The notes beneath the pieces were generated by a model. The model did not search any database and had not been told where the DNA came from. It saw only the letters and a list, made by a program, of their open reading frames with translations. DNA of 46,119 nt, from the NCBI GenBank assembly GCA_051892815.1, contig JBJFGP010000160.1, forward strand, positions 1 through 46,119. The letters are read 5' to 3'. The translations under genes were made by a program, and so were the position numbers. How positions within the stretch are numbered: position 1 is the stretch's first letter; every line of letters begins with the position of its first letter. This DNA is from Kiritimatiellia bacterium (GTDB lineage: Bacteria > Verrucomicrobiota > Kiritimatiellia > RFP12 > DVOR01). This document shows, in pieces, positions 7,987-17,530 of this stretch.

Positions 7987-9054
7987 ATGTCCCGACTGTT
8001 CCACCTTGCAAAGCTCGCGTCCGCGACCGCCCTCTTGGCCGCCAACGCCTCCGCCGCCTGGCGCTATGTCCCCGAGGGTGGGGACGCCTATGAGGGCGTG
8101 GCCTACATCACCGACGGCAACTGGGTCTTCCAGGTCAGCGCCTACAACACCGACACCAAGAAGTTCACCACCGTGCCGAAAGCCGCCGGCTGTCTCGCCG
8201 GCGAAGGGGCGCTCGACCTTGACCTGGCCGAGCGCGAACTGGCGGAATCCTCAGGGGTCGACGCAATGACCTGGACGCTCCAGGCCTCGCAATTCAACGG
8301 GCTGACGAACTTGACCGATATCGCCCTCTCCTCCAAGCAGACCTGGGTTCCTCAGTTCCTGTGCAACGGTTGCACCGCACTTACCAATGCCAACTGCAGA
8401 GGCCTTCTGACTCTGAACAATTATGCCTTCAAAGACTGCAAAAGCCTAGCCTCCTTCTCCCCCGACTTCTGGACGCAGGACGAACCCTATCCCTTCAAAG
8501 AAGAGTGCTTCGCCGGGTGCTCCTCCCTCCCCTTCGATACCCTGAGACTCCACCCCAACAGTTCCATGGGATGGAGGTGCTTCCGCAGCGCGACCGGCAT
8601 CCGGACGGTCGACTATTCCCGCCGGACAGGTGCCGTCGACCTGGGCTTCGTCATGGGCACCGGCGTGCGCAAAGTAATCCTTCCGCCGGCCCAAAGCGCA
8701 CTCAGCTGCGAGAACTATTTCAACAATATAGAAGAACTCTACGCTACCAGCAACCTGATCACTTCGGTTAGTTGGGCAATCACGGGAACTACCAGTTACC
8801 ACTGCCGATTCTTTGTCGACCCCGTGCTCGAAAAAGGCTATTTGGAGCCGACGCTTGCGGGGTATGATGTGGACTCGCCGTCGGACGAGCAGATTGCCCT
8901 CTACTGCGAGAAATACGGGGTGGCGGAAGAGCAGGCGCGGCGGGATTTGATTGGTCTATGGAACTTCAAAAGGGGCGCACAGGGACTGGTCTGGATTGTG
9001 CGCTATGTGAGCCCGTTCCGGCCGAAGAATGGGACGATGTTGTTCATTCAATAG
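7987..9054 (+). CDS. Secreted BspA-type leucine-rich-repeat protein
   Basis: A signal-like N-terminus (LAKLASATALLAANASAAW) is followed by repeats of the FxxCxxLxxI type (FLCNGCTALTNA, YAFKDCKSLASF, ECFAGCSSLPF, WRCFRSATGIRTV). AAGGAGG lies upstream of ATG 7987. Confidence 0.7.
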   Translation: MSRLFHLAKLASATALLAANASAAWRYVPEGGDAYEGVAYITDGNWVFQVSAYNTDTKKFTTVPKAAGCLAGEGALDLDLAERELAESSGVDAMTWTLQASQFNGLTNLTDIALSSKQTWVPQFLCNGCTALTNANCRGLLTLNNYAFKDCKSLASFSPDFWTQDEPYPFKEECFAGCSSLPFDTLRLHPNSSMGWRCFRSATGIRTVDYSRRTGAVDLGFVMGTGVRKVILPPAQSALSCENYFNNIEELYATSNLITSVSWAITGTTSYHCRFFVDPVLEKGYLEPTLAGYDVDSPSDEQIALYCEKYGVAEEQARRDLIGLWNFKRGAQGLVWIVRYVSPFRPKNGTMLFIQ

Positions 9055-9079
9055 GTTCTGAAAGGTGGGTATTTCTCTT

Positions 9080-10642
9080 ATGTCTAGTTTGCTTGCCCGT
9101 TCTGCATTGGTTGGGTTTCTGGCGGTCTCGTCGCTATCTGTCTTCGCGGGCGGCGGGTTCCATTATCCGCGTGGGATCATGCCCGAGACTTACTGGCTGG
9201 CCTGGAGCGACGAGGAGCAGGGCCGTATCGAGGAGGACATCGAGAGGTACCGCAAGGCGGACGCTCGGATTGGGCATCTTGGGATTCCGGGGAATACCGT
9301 GGTCGAGGTCGAGCAGTTGACGCACGCGTTCTATTTCGGCGCCCACGCGTTCAATCTGGGGCAGCTTGCGACGCCGGAGTTGAACCGCCAATTCCGAACC
9401 TACTGGGGAACCTTTTTCAACTCGGCGACGGTGGCTTTCTACTGGGACACTTTGGAGCCGGTACGCGGTCGCCCCCGCTACCGCCCGGGGCCCGAGGATT
9501 CGGAGGCATTCTGGAGCCGTTGCCAGGATCCGGCGGGGCAGCCTCATTGGCGGCGGCCGCCTCCGGACCCGATAGTCGACTTCTGCAACTCCCGGGGGAT
9601 TCGCGTCCACGGCCATCCCATCGTCTGGGCCTCGTCCGCGTCCTACCCGCGCTGGCTGGAGGCGGCTGCGACCAATGAGTTCGACTTCATCGCGCGGGGC
9701 TTCTGCAAGACCGACCCCAAGACCAAAAGGTGCGTACCAGACGTCCCCAGAGGTATCTGCGAATTGACCCCGGAGGAACTAACCAATGCCCTCCCGAGGT
9801 TCCTATCTCTGGTGGAAGAGGTTCATACCAACCGCATCGCGGAGTTGGCCTCGCGCTACGGCACGCGCGTCCAGAGTTGGGATGTGGTCAACGAATCGTG
9901 CACCGACTTTTTCCGGTGGAAACTCCGCCCCGACCTGCCCGTCTGCCGCAGCTGCCACGAGCGAGCAATGCCCTCCGACTATGTCTACAAAGCCTTCCGG
10001 ATGGCCGGCGAATACTTCCCCCAAGAGGTCAAACTCAACATCAACGACTATATCACCGATCGCCGCTATGCCGCCCAGATAGACGACCTCCTCGCAAGAG
10101 GCGCCCGCATCGACACCATAGGCGTCCAGCGGCACATTATGACCCGCTGGATTTGGCGCGATGTCATCTCCGGAGCCGACCCCTTCTCCCCCGAATACGA
10201 ACGCCACCAAATCCTCCAGCTTGGCGCACGCGCCCCCATCCACATCAGTGAAATCACCGTTCCCGCCTGGTGCGAGGAAGAAGCCGTTTACCCCAGTCTC
10301 GACAACCGCCAGACCGCAGAGATGCGTCAGGCCATCGTCGCCAGAAACCTGTACCGACTCTGGTTTAGTCTCAAGCCGGTGGAGGGCGTGACCTGGTGGA
10401 ACAGCATCGACGGCTGCGCCTACAAAGGCGAGTCCGCTACCTCCGGATTCTTCCGCCAGGACCTTACCCCAAAACCCGTCTACTACGCCATCGCAGACCT
10501 CATCAATAACGAATGGAAGACCCGGCTGAAAGCGCGAACCGACGCCGCCGGAACCCTCCAGTTCAGAGGATTCAAAGGCCGCTACCGCCTCAGCTGGAGC
10601 CAGGACGGAACGCAAAAGAGTGCCGAGATCGAACTCCGCTGA
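9080..10642 (+). CDS. Glycoside hydrolase family 10 (endo-1,4-beta-xylanase-like)
   Basis: The GH10 acid/base motif is WDVVNES and the nucleophile region is IHISEITV, plus HGHPIVWAS and LNINDY. The signal peptide starts at ATG 9080; the track start GTG 9065 is also possible. Confidence 0.85.
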   Translation: MSSLLARSALVGFLAVSSLSVFAGGGFHYPRGIMPETYWLAWSDEEQGRIEEDIERYRKADARIGHLGIPGNTVVEVEQLTHAFYFGAHAFNLGQLATPELNRQFRTYWGTFFNSATVAFYWDTLEPVRGRPRYRPGPEDSEAFWSRCQDPAGQPHWRRPPPDPIVDFCNSRGIRVHGHPIVWASSASYPRWLEAAATNEFDFIARGFCKTDPKTKRCVPDVPRGICELTPEELTNALPRFLSLVEEVHTNRIAELASRYGTRVQSWDVVNESCTDFFRWKLRPDLPVCRSCHERAMPSDYVYKAFRMAGEYFPQEVKLNINDYITDRRYAAQIDDLLARGARIDTIGVQRHIMTRWIWRDVISGADPFSPEYERHQILQLGARAPIHISEITVPAWCEEEAVYPSLDNRQTAEMRQAIVARNLYRLWFSLKPVEGVTWWNSIDGCAYKGESATSGFFRQDLTPKPVYYAIADLINNEWKTRLKARTDAAGTLQFRGFKGRYRLSWSQDGTQKSAEIELR

Positions 10643-10660
10643 AACCAACCGGAAGGAACC

Positions 10661-12829
10661 ATGAAGGGGAACATCCTGCTCGCAAGCCTGGCCTTCGCCA
10701 GCCTCGCCTGGGCGGCACAACCGCGCCTCGCCGTCTTGAGCAAATCGGGGGCGCACCATGACGAGTGGGACTCCGGTCTGGACGAACTCAAGTGGACCGC
10801 GGATGCCATCGACACGGAGGAGAAACTAGCCGCCCTGGAGAGCCGCCTGGAGCAATACGACATCCTCCTGGTCGCGCCCCTCTTCGGGGGAAAGGTGGGC
10901 AGCCCCGAGGCCTATCGTACCTTCCTCCGCGACGGTGGGATGATAGTCGTCACCGACGGCAGATACCAATCGGTCCGGGACTGGATGCGGAACATTTCGG
11001 AGGACTTCTCGGGCGTGGCGATTCCCAATGGCGACTGCAATTCGTCCCAATGGTTTGTCAACGGCTATGTGCAGGACGCCGTACCGGCCACCCCGCATCC
11101 TTTGCGCACCTTCCCCAAGCAGATTCGCGAGCCGAACCACTGGGGGCACTTTGGAGAGAGTTCGAATCCCAAGTGGGAATTGCTCGCAAGGTGTAGCGAA
11201 GGGCGCCCGGTCGTCTGGCTCCAGCGGGTGGGCAAGGGGCATATCATCTACTCCGCCTTGCGGCAATACACGGCGGCTCACCTGCTCAACTGGGCGGCGT
11301 GGCAGAGGCTATCGAGGGCAGGGATTGAACTGAAGCGGTTTGAGATGTCGCCGCGCGTGCCGGGGAACGGGAGGATGATGCTTTCGTACGCGAAACTTGC
11401 CGCTCCGGTGCCCATCGAGTTGTCCGTCAATCCGGGGCGGACGTTCAAGGGAACGCTGGGCGGAAGTACGGGTTCTCTGGCCTACCGGCTGGATAGGCGC
11501 GGGGAGCAGAGGTTGACGCTCAAGGTCGGCGGGCAAACCATCTTCGAGGAGGTGGTGCGGCTACCTTTCGAGCTGGAGGTTCAGCCGCCGATGGGCAGGA
11601 GGTGCCTATCCACGGAGACAAGAGGTAAGCAGATTTGGTTCCCGGTCGACCTTGCGCCGCTGGAGGAGTCGTTCACGGGAAGGTGGCTGGAACTTGCCAT
11701 TTTCGACTCGAAGGGGAAGGCGCTCGGGGAGGGGCAAATCAGCCGTGTCGGGAAGGATTTGCATCCTGTGATTCCGTTTCGGTCCGAGCGACCTTTGGCT
11801 CCGGGGCGTTATCAGGTGGTGGCCAAAATGCCGCGCCGGGCTGGGCGGGGCGAGCCGTATGCGGCGACGAACCGGTTTGAAGTCTTGCCGCCGCGAAGGG
11901 CTCAGACGATTGTCGACCAGGACGGGACTTTTCTGGTAGACGGGAAGCCTTTCTTTCCGCTCGGGTTCTACCATGTGGGGAACGAGGATTTGGCTCAGGT
12001 GGCGGAGTTGGGGGCCAACACCGTTCAGTTCTGGGCGTGGCAAGGTCGCGCGGGGATGGATCGGGTGAAGGAGCTTGGTTTGAAGGCTCTTTTCGAGAAC
12101 AACCACGGTTCGCTCGCGGCCTATTCGCACCGTCTGGCGGACTATAAGGACCACGAGGCGCTGCTGATGTGGTACATTGCCGACGAGCCGACGGATTGCA
12201 ATGCGCTCGCCTGCCGGACGCGCAACGACTTTCTTTTGGCGAACGATTGGCAGCATCCGACTTATATCCTCTCCTGCCGTCCCGATCTCTTCAACTGGGC
12301 GAGCCGTTTCGGGGAAGTCCTCGCCTTCGACAGCTACGGCAAAATCCCCGAAACCGCCGCGCGCGCCACGCAGGCCGCCGAAGCCACCCGCGACCGCGTC
12401 CCCGTCATAGCCGTGCTCCCCAGTTGGGGCAACCCCAACGGGCAAAAGACCAATCCCGAACTCCTCCGCCAAAGAGCCTTTCTCGCCCTCGCCTCAGGCG
12501 TCCGCGGCATCCTCTGGTACCCTTGGAAGCAGGCCGGAGGCGGACCTCTCGGAGAGGGACTCGTCCAAGCCCCGCAGGACTGGCCGGCCTATCAAACCCT
12601 CATCGACGAAATCAAATCCCTGACGCCCGAGCTGACCGCCTTCTTCCGCCAAAGGCTCCAGTACGGCGACATCTACGCGCTCCACTGCCGGCTCGCCGAC
12701 GGGCGCAACGCCTTGATTTACGCCAACGCCTCCGACAACCCCGCCTCGGCTGATCTCCGACTCCCCGGCAAAAACGCCCCGCGCCGCCTCACCCTCAAAC
12801 CCCGCGCTTGCGGCGTCCTGCGCTGGTAG
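10661..12829 (+). CDS. Secreted uncharacterised multidomain protein; N-terminal glutamine-amidotransferase-like/ThuA-like region and C-terminal TIM-barrel glycoside-hydrolase-like region
   Basis: The signal peptide is MKGNILLASLAFASLAWAAQP. The C-terminal segment GKPFFPLGFYHV...GANTVQFWAW...LLMWYIADEP looks like beta-strands 1-4 of a clan GH-A barrel, but I cannot assign a family. Confidence 0.65.
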   Translation: MKGNILLASLAFASLAWAAQPRLAVLSKSGAHHDEWDSGLDELKWTADAIDTEEKLAALESRLEQYDILLVAPLFGGKVGSPEAYRTFLRDGGMIVVTDGRYQSVRDWMRNISEDFSGVAIPNGDCNSSQWFVNGYVQDAVPATPHPLRTFPKQIREPNHWGHFGESSNPKWELLARCSEGRPVVWLQRVGKGHIIYSALRQYTAAHLLNWAAWQRLSRAGIELKRFEMSPRVPGNGRMMLSYAKLAAPVPIELSVNPGRTFKGTLGGSTGSLAYRLDRRGEQRLTLKVGGQTIFEEVVRLPFELEVQPPMGRRCLSTETRGKQIWFPVDLAPLEESFTGRWLELAIFDSKGKALGEGQISRVGKDLHPVIPFRSERPLAPGRYQVVAKMPRRAGRGEPYAATNRFEVLPPRRAQTIVDQDGTFLVDGKPFFPLGFYHVGNEDLAQVAELGANTVQFWAWQGRAGMDRVKELGLKALFENNHGSLAAYSHRLADYKDHEALLMWYIADEPTDCNALACRTRNDFLLANDWQHPTYILSCRPDLFNWASRFGEVLAFDSYGKIPETAARATQAAEATRDRVPVIAVLPSWGNPNGQKTNPELLRQRAFLALASGVRGILWYPWKQAGGGPLGEGLVQAPQDWPAYQTLIDEIKSLTPELTAFFRQRLQYGDIYALHCRLADGRNALIYANASDNPASADLRLPGKNAPRRLTLKPRACGVLRW

Positions 12830-12835
12830 CCTCAA

Positions 12836-12904
12836 AAGGTACCAACCTCCGCAGCACAATCCTGCCTATCGGCTCCCCCAAAAGATACCAACCTCCCCCA
12901 CCCA
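12836..12904. repeat. 23-bp-phased repeat array R5 (3 units, a possible fourth merges with the rimO promoter)
   Basis: Core A positions are 12845, 12868 and 12891. The units are aaggtaccAACCTccgcagcaca, atcctgccTATCggctcccccaa and aagataccAACCTcccccaccca. The array starts 7 nt after stop 12827-12829. Confidence 0.85.
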
Positions 12905-12914
12905 GTCTTTACTA

Positions 12915-12943
12915 TTGACCAGCCCCCGCGATTGTCCTATCAT
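12915..12943 (+). promoter_or_regulatory. Sigma70-like promoter for rimO
   Basis: -35 TTGACC is at 12915-12920, the spacer is 17 nt, and -10 TATCAT is at 12938-12943. Confidence 0.55.
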
Positions 12944-12973
12944 ACACCCCAGCACACACACCAAGGACACCCT

Positions 12974-14302
12974 ATGGACTGGCAAGTCGGCTTCATCTCA
13001 CTCGGCTGCGCGAAAAACCTCGTCGACAGCCAAATCATGGCAGGATACCTGCACCAGGCACACATTCCCCTCGCCCCAAACGTCGACCAGGCAGACATCA
13101 TCATCGTCAACACCTGCGCCTTCATCGACTCCGCCCGCGAAGAAGCCGCAGAGGCCATCCTAGGCGCCTGCGAGCGCAAACGGCTCAACCAATGCCGCGC
13201 CGTCATCGTCACCGGATGCCTCCCCCAACGCTACAAATCCCGAGCCCAAAAAGCCTTCCCCGATGTCGACACCTTCCTTGGCACCGACCAGCTCGAAGAC
13301 ATCGTTCCCGCCGTCCAAGCCCTACAAAACGGACACCCCTACCACAACCAGATCCCCCCAAACGCCCCCTGCAAACTCTACAATCCAACCTACCCGACCC
13401 TCCTCTTCAGCGGCGGCCCCTTCGCCTACATCAAGCTGGGAGAAGGCTGCTCCCATAGGTGCGCCTACTGCGCCATCCCGCAAATCCGCGGCGCCGCACG
13501 CTTCCGCCCGGTCAAAGACATTCTCGCCGAAGCCAAAAGCCTGATCCAGGCAGGCGTCCGGGAACTCAACCTCATAGCCCAGGATGTCCTCTCCTACCAC
13601 CACCGGAACCTGCGGATACTCGACCTGCTCAAGCAAATCTGCGCACTCCCCGGAGACTTCCGCGTCCGCCTCCTCTACGGCTACCCAGGCAGCATCACCC
13701 CCCAGTTGCTCCAATTCATCGCCGACGAACCCAAGTGCTGCCGGTACCTCGACCTGCCCGTCCAGCACGCCTCCCCCAAAGTACTCGCCGCCATGAATCG
13801 TGCCGACATCGCCGACCAGGTGCGGACACTTCCCGAGCGCATTCGCGCCATCATTCCGGACGCGACGTTGCGCACCACCTGCCTACTCGGCTTCCCGGGA
13901 GAGACTGAGGACGATTTCAACCTCCTGCGCCAATTCATACGCACCTCCCGCTTCGACCATTTGGGCTGTTTCGCCTTCTCTCCCGAGGAGGGAACGCCTG
14001 CGTTCGCACTGCCCCGGCGCCCCGGGAAAGCGGTAGCCAAGCGCCGTTGCGAGCGGTTGATGTTGGACCAAAAATCGATTGTCAAAGAGCTCAATTCCCA
14101 CCGCGTCGGGCAAGCGGGCCGTGCCTTGCTCATCCGTCCGATGCGGGGCGGGAAATGGGTCGCAAGGCTCGACCACCAGGCCCCTGAGGTTGACGGCCAT
14201 ACGGTCATCAAGGGGCTTTCCCGTGAGGCTCGGGCGGGGGCATTCGCGCGGGTCGTGATTACGGGTTTCCGGGGGTACAACCTGTTTGCGGAGCCGTGCT
14301 GA
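12974..14302 (+). CDS. rimO: Ribosomal protein S12 methylthiotransferase RimO (radical SAM MTTase)
   Basis: The N-terminal UPF0004 cysteines are ISLGCAKN...VNTCAF. The radical-SAM box is GCSHRCAYCAIP, and a C-terminal TRAM-like domain is present. Start is ATG 12974; the track start TTG 12932 is less likely. Confidence 0.9.
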   Translation: MDWQVGFISLGCAKNLVDSQIMAGYLHQAHIPLAPNVDQADIIIVNTCAFIDSAREEAAEAILGACERKRLNQCRAVIVTGCLPQRYKSRAQKAFPDVDTFLGTDQLEDIVPAVQALQNGHPYHNQIPPNAPCKLYNPTYPTLLFSGGPFAYIKLGEGCSHRCAYCAIPQIRGAARFRPVKDILAEAKSLIQAGVRELNLIAQDVLSYHHRNLRILDLLKQICALPGDFRVRLLYGYPGSITPQLLQFIADEPKCCRYLDLPVQHASPKVLAAMNRADIADQVRTLPERIRAIIPDATLRTTCLLGFPGETEDDFNLLRQFIRTSRFDHLGCFAFSPEEGTPAFALPRRPGKAVAKRRCERLMLDQKSIVKELNSHRVGQAGRALLIRPMRGGKWVARLDHQAPEVDGHTVIKGLSREARAGAFARVVITGFRGYNLFAEPC

Positions 14303-14306
14303 AGGT

Positions 14307-15911
14307 ATGCGGCGGGTTGACCAGGCGATTGTCCTTGCGCTGTTGCCGACCTTGGCATTTGCCGTCTCGGCGTGCGGCAACCTGTTGGGGTTTTCGACGA
14401 CTGCCTGGGGGCTGGCGGGCGCTTTGGCGGGGGCGTGCGGCTACGCGGCGTGGCGGCGGTGCGGTTGGCGTCTGCCGATGGTGTTCGTGGCTTGCGCGCT
14501 GCTCTGGGGAACCTTCAAACTGGCCGATTCCGAGTGGGACGGGAAGGCGATCCATAAGCCTGGGGCGATTGCTTTGGCGGGCGGGTGGAATCCCGTATGG
14601 AAGGCTCTTGCGCATCGGGCTGAAGGCGACGCGGGGTGGGCGTGGTGCGAATATTACCCCAAAGCGGCCTGGCATGTCAATGCCGAATTGCTGCGGGCGA
14701 CGGGGAATGTGGATTTGGGTGATGGGGTGCCGTTGATTTGGGCTGGGGTGGTCTTTTGCCTGGGGCTGGGGGTGTTGCCGTGGCTGTACGGTTTGGGGTC
14801 GAAGGGTACCTATCTTTTCTCGGGGCTGTTGGCGTGCAATCCGGTGCTGCTGCGTGAACTGTGCAGCGGATATGTGGATGGTCAACTGGGCTGTTCGCTG
14901 GTTGCGGGGCTGCTGGCGTTCAGCGCTTACGCGCGGCGGCCACGCGGGCGTCTGCTGTTGCTGGCGGGGCTTTGCTGCGTCTACGGGGCGAACTTGAAGT
15001 TTACGGGGCTGGTCTACTTCGGAGCGGGCTACGCGCTGCTGGGGGGGATGGCGCTTTGGCGGCATTTCAGCCCGTCGCGCCTGGCTTGGATGGCGGCGAT
15101 TGCGCTCTCGACTCTGCTCTGCGGAACCGCGCCTTATCTGACCAACTGGGTACGCTACGGTTCGCCCTTCTACCCGCTCCACTCCTTCTCAAAGGATGCC
15201 GCCTTGCGGAACGATGAGGTGTTGCACCAGTGGCTGACGCCGGAAGGCATCGAGGCCTCAAGGTGGCGCCTGGCGGGCGAATCAATCCTCAACCCCGCGC
15301 CCAATCTGGACCGCTTCTTCCCGCGCCGGGACATCGCGCTCGTGCCGCCGATCCCCTTCAAACTCGCCCTCGCGCTGACGCTCGCGGCACTGCTCATACG
15401 GCGCAAAGGCGACCTCTTCTCCGGCTCCATCCTCCTGACCGTCCTCATTCAACCCGCCCTCTGGCACTTCCGCTATATTCCCCAACTCTGGGCACTGCCC
15501 CTCGCCCTTGCCGCGCCTGAACGCCACCTGCGCCTGCCCGTCGCCCTGCTCGCCGCCTGCGCCCTCATCACCCCCGCCATCGAACTCGCCCAACCGCTTT
15601 GGACGATGACGCTCCGGGCCCGTGAACTCGAACGCACCTTCGGGGGCGACTCCTACCAATGGCACGCATCCACTCGTGCCTATGGCCACGAGCAAGAGTT
15701 TGATACCTACTGGCTCAACTGGTTGGCATCTGCCGGCATCCCCCTCTCCGACCGCCTCGACGCCATCCCGTCCGACCGCCCGGCCGACTTCTGGTGCATC
15801 GACCTGCGCCTCTACTCCAAGCCACCGGCCAAACTCCCGCCGCCCGCCCCCCCCCTCTCCGCCCTCCTCCGACTCCGCGCCCGACAGTTGAATTGGGCAT
15901 GGAGCCGCTGA
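14307..15911 (+). CDS. Polytopic integral membrane protein of unknown function (GT-C/ArnT-like topology is possible)
   Basis: There are many hydrophobic segments. ATG 14307 lies 5 nt after the rimO stop, and the stop overlaps the comEC start (ATGGAGCCGCTGA). Confidence 0.6.
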   Translation: MRRVDQAIVLALLPTLAFAVSACGNLLGFSTTAWGLAGALAGACGYAAWRRCGWRLPMVFVACALLWGTFKLADSEWDGKAIHKPGAIALAGGWNPVWKALAHRAEGDAGWAWCEYYPKAAWHVNAELLRATGNVDLGDGVPLIWAGVVFCLGLGVLPWLYGLGSKGTYLFSGLLACNPVLLRELCSGYVDGQLGCSLVAGLLAFSAYARRPRGRLLLLAGLCCVYGANLKFTGLVYFGAGYALLGGMALWRHFSPSRLAWMAAIALSTLLCGTAPYLTNWVRYGSPFYPLHSFSKDAALRNDEVLHQWLTPEGIEASRWRLAGESILNPAPNLDRFFPRRDIALVPPIPFKLALALTLAALLIRRKGDLFSGSILLTVLIQPALWHFRYIPQLWALPLALAAPERHLRLPVALLAACALITPAIELAQPLWTMTLRARELERTFGGDSYQWHASTRAYGHEQEFDTYWLNWLASAGIPLSDRLDAIPSDRPADFWCIDLRLYSKPPAKLPPPAPPLSALLRLRARQLNWAWSR

Positions 15912-17530
15912 CCCCATCCCGCTGGAGCCGACGCTTCCTCGCCCTGATGGCCGGCGCCCTCGCGGGGAACTCCGGCGCCATCTGGATTCCCCTCCTGCTG
16001 AGCGTCGCCGCCCTCCTCCGCCCCCGCCTCCGGCAAGGCTGCCACCTTTGGATTGGTCTGCTCGCCGGCCTCCTCTGGCACGCCCGGATTCAATCCGAAC
16101 AAGCCTGGCTCGCCAGCCTTGACGGCATCGAAGTCGACTTCTCCTGCTGGTGCCTGAGCGACTCCGTCTGCCGCGAATACAGGCCCGGACGCCACGCCTG
16201 GGAGTTCGAGCCCCACGACCTGCGCATCGGACCCGAACGCCGCCGTCTCATCCTCCCCGCCAAGACATCCTGGCGCGCCGGCCCAGACCAGAAACACTAC
16301 GCCCCCAAGTGCGGAGACTACTGGCGAGGCAGCGCCAAAATCCGCATCTGGAACGGCCAAACCGTCTTCCTCTCCATCCCCCGAACAGGCGCCTACCCGA
16401 CCCTTCCCCAAACACGCCCCGCCCACATTCCCCTCAAAGTCCGAGCCGCCCTCCTCAGCGCCAAACTCCGCCAACACCTCGCACGCGGACACGAGACAGA
16501 TGCCACCGAACCCCTCGTCGCCGCAATCGTCCTCGGCGCCCGCGGCAACATCCCCAAAGCCACCTACGACACCTTCCGAAAGACCGGCATGGTCCATGTT
16601 TTGGCCGTCTCCGGGCTCCATGTCGGCATCGTCGCCGCACTCCTCTATTGGCTGCTCACACGCCTTCGGACAACCCCGCGAACAGCCAGCCTCCTGAGCA
16701 TCCCGTGCGTCATCGCCTACACCATTCTGACCGGCATCCAGCCCAGCGCCCTGCGCGCCTGCCTGATGGCCTCAATCTACCTCGCCGCCCGCGCCATACG
16801 CCGCCAATGCCGCCTTCCGGACGCACTCCTGATGACCGGAGCAACCGTCTGGATCCTCTGCTGGCCGCTCGCCTGGATACCCGGCTGGCTCCTCTCCTTC
16901 ACCGTCATGGCCGCCCTCTGCTGGCTCTTCCCCCTGCTCCGCAAAGCCTTCGAAACCTGGATCTCAAGAGACCGCCGCTATACCCTCCCGCCACACCTCG
17001 AACTACTGCGCCACTGGTTCAGTTCAGACGAACTCAGAACCGACGAAAATATCCTCCGCGCCCTCGCCCCCAATGCCACCCTCCGCTTCCGCCTGGAACT
17101 AGCCATTCGCCGCATCAGCGCCCGATGGTTCTTCAACGGACTGCTCGTCTCCGTGACCGCCTGGCTCGCCGCGTTCCCCCTCGGGCTGCACTACTTCGGG
17201 CAACTCACCTTCGCAGGAATCCTCGGCAACATAGCCATCGTCACCCTCGCCTCCTGCGTGCTCGCCAGTGGAATCGCAAGCCTCTCCATCGGCTGGATCT
17301 GCCCCCCAATCGGACTCCTTCTAGGCCACCTCGCCAACCACTTCGCAGGGCTGATGCTCACCCTCGCGCAAGCCTGCGAAACAACCGGGCTCTACTTCCA
17401 ACTGACCAAAATCCCCGTTTGGACTACGGTTCTTCTCTACCTTGCCCTTCTGGTCGGTTATTGGCTTCTCTCGCGCTGGACGAAGCAACATGCCGCACCC
17501 GGAGACGGAAACGACGCCAGAGCGCCCTAA
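15899..17530 (+). CDS. comEC: ComEC/Rec2-family DNA internalisation channel, short form without a C-terminal metallo-beta-lactamase domain
   Basis: MVHVLAVSGLHVGIVAALL is the signature of the ComEC competence domain. An N-terminal OB/DUF4131-like region is present. The protein ends after the membrane domain, at about 543 aa. Confidence 0.82.
   Translation: MEPLTPSRWSRRFLALMAGALAGNSGAIWIPLLLSVAALLRPRLRQGCHLWIGLLAGLLWHARIQSEQAWLASLDGIEVDFSCWCLSDSVCREYRPGRHAWEFEPHDLRIGPERRRLILPAKTSWRAGPDQKHYAPKCGDYWRGSAKIRIWNGQTVFLSIPRTGAYPTLPQTRPAHIPLKVRAALLSAKLRQHLARGHETDATEPLVAAIVLGARGNIPKATYDTFRKTGMVHVLAVSGLHVGIVAALLYWLLTRLRTTPRTASLLSIPCVIAYTILTGIQPSALRACLMASIYLAARAIRRQCRLPDALLMTGATVWILCWPLAWIPGWLLSFTVMAALCWLFPLLRKAFETWISRDRRYTLPPHLELLRHWFSSDELRTDENILRALAPNATLRFRLELAIRRISARWFFNGLLVSVTAWLAAFPLGLHYFGQLTFAGILGNIAIVTLASCVLASGIASLSIGWICPPIGLLLGHLANHFAGLMLTLAQACETTGLYFQLTKIPVWTTVLLYLALLVGYWLLSRWTKQHAAPGDGNDARAP

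Noticed and set aside
11596-11612. Isolated core-like hits inside coding regions (aggaggtgccTATCCacgg here; aagggtaccTATCTtttc at 14803-14820; gtgATAGGCACc at 4622-4633)
   Set aside because: These are single copies with no 23-bp-phased neighbours, embedded in well-supported ORFs. They are compatible with chance occurrence of a 9-10-nt GC-rich word. The CTATCCAC inside the first is only a 7-of-9 match to a DnaA box.
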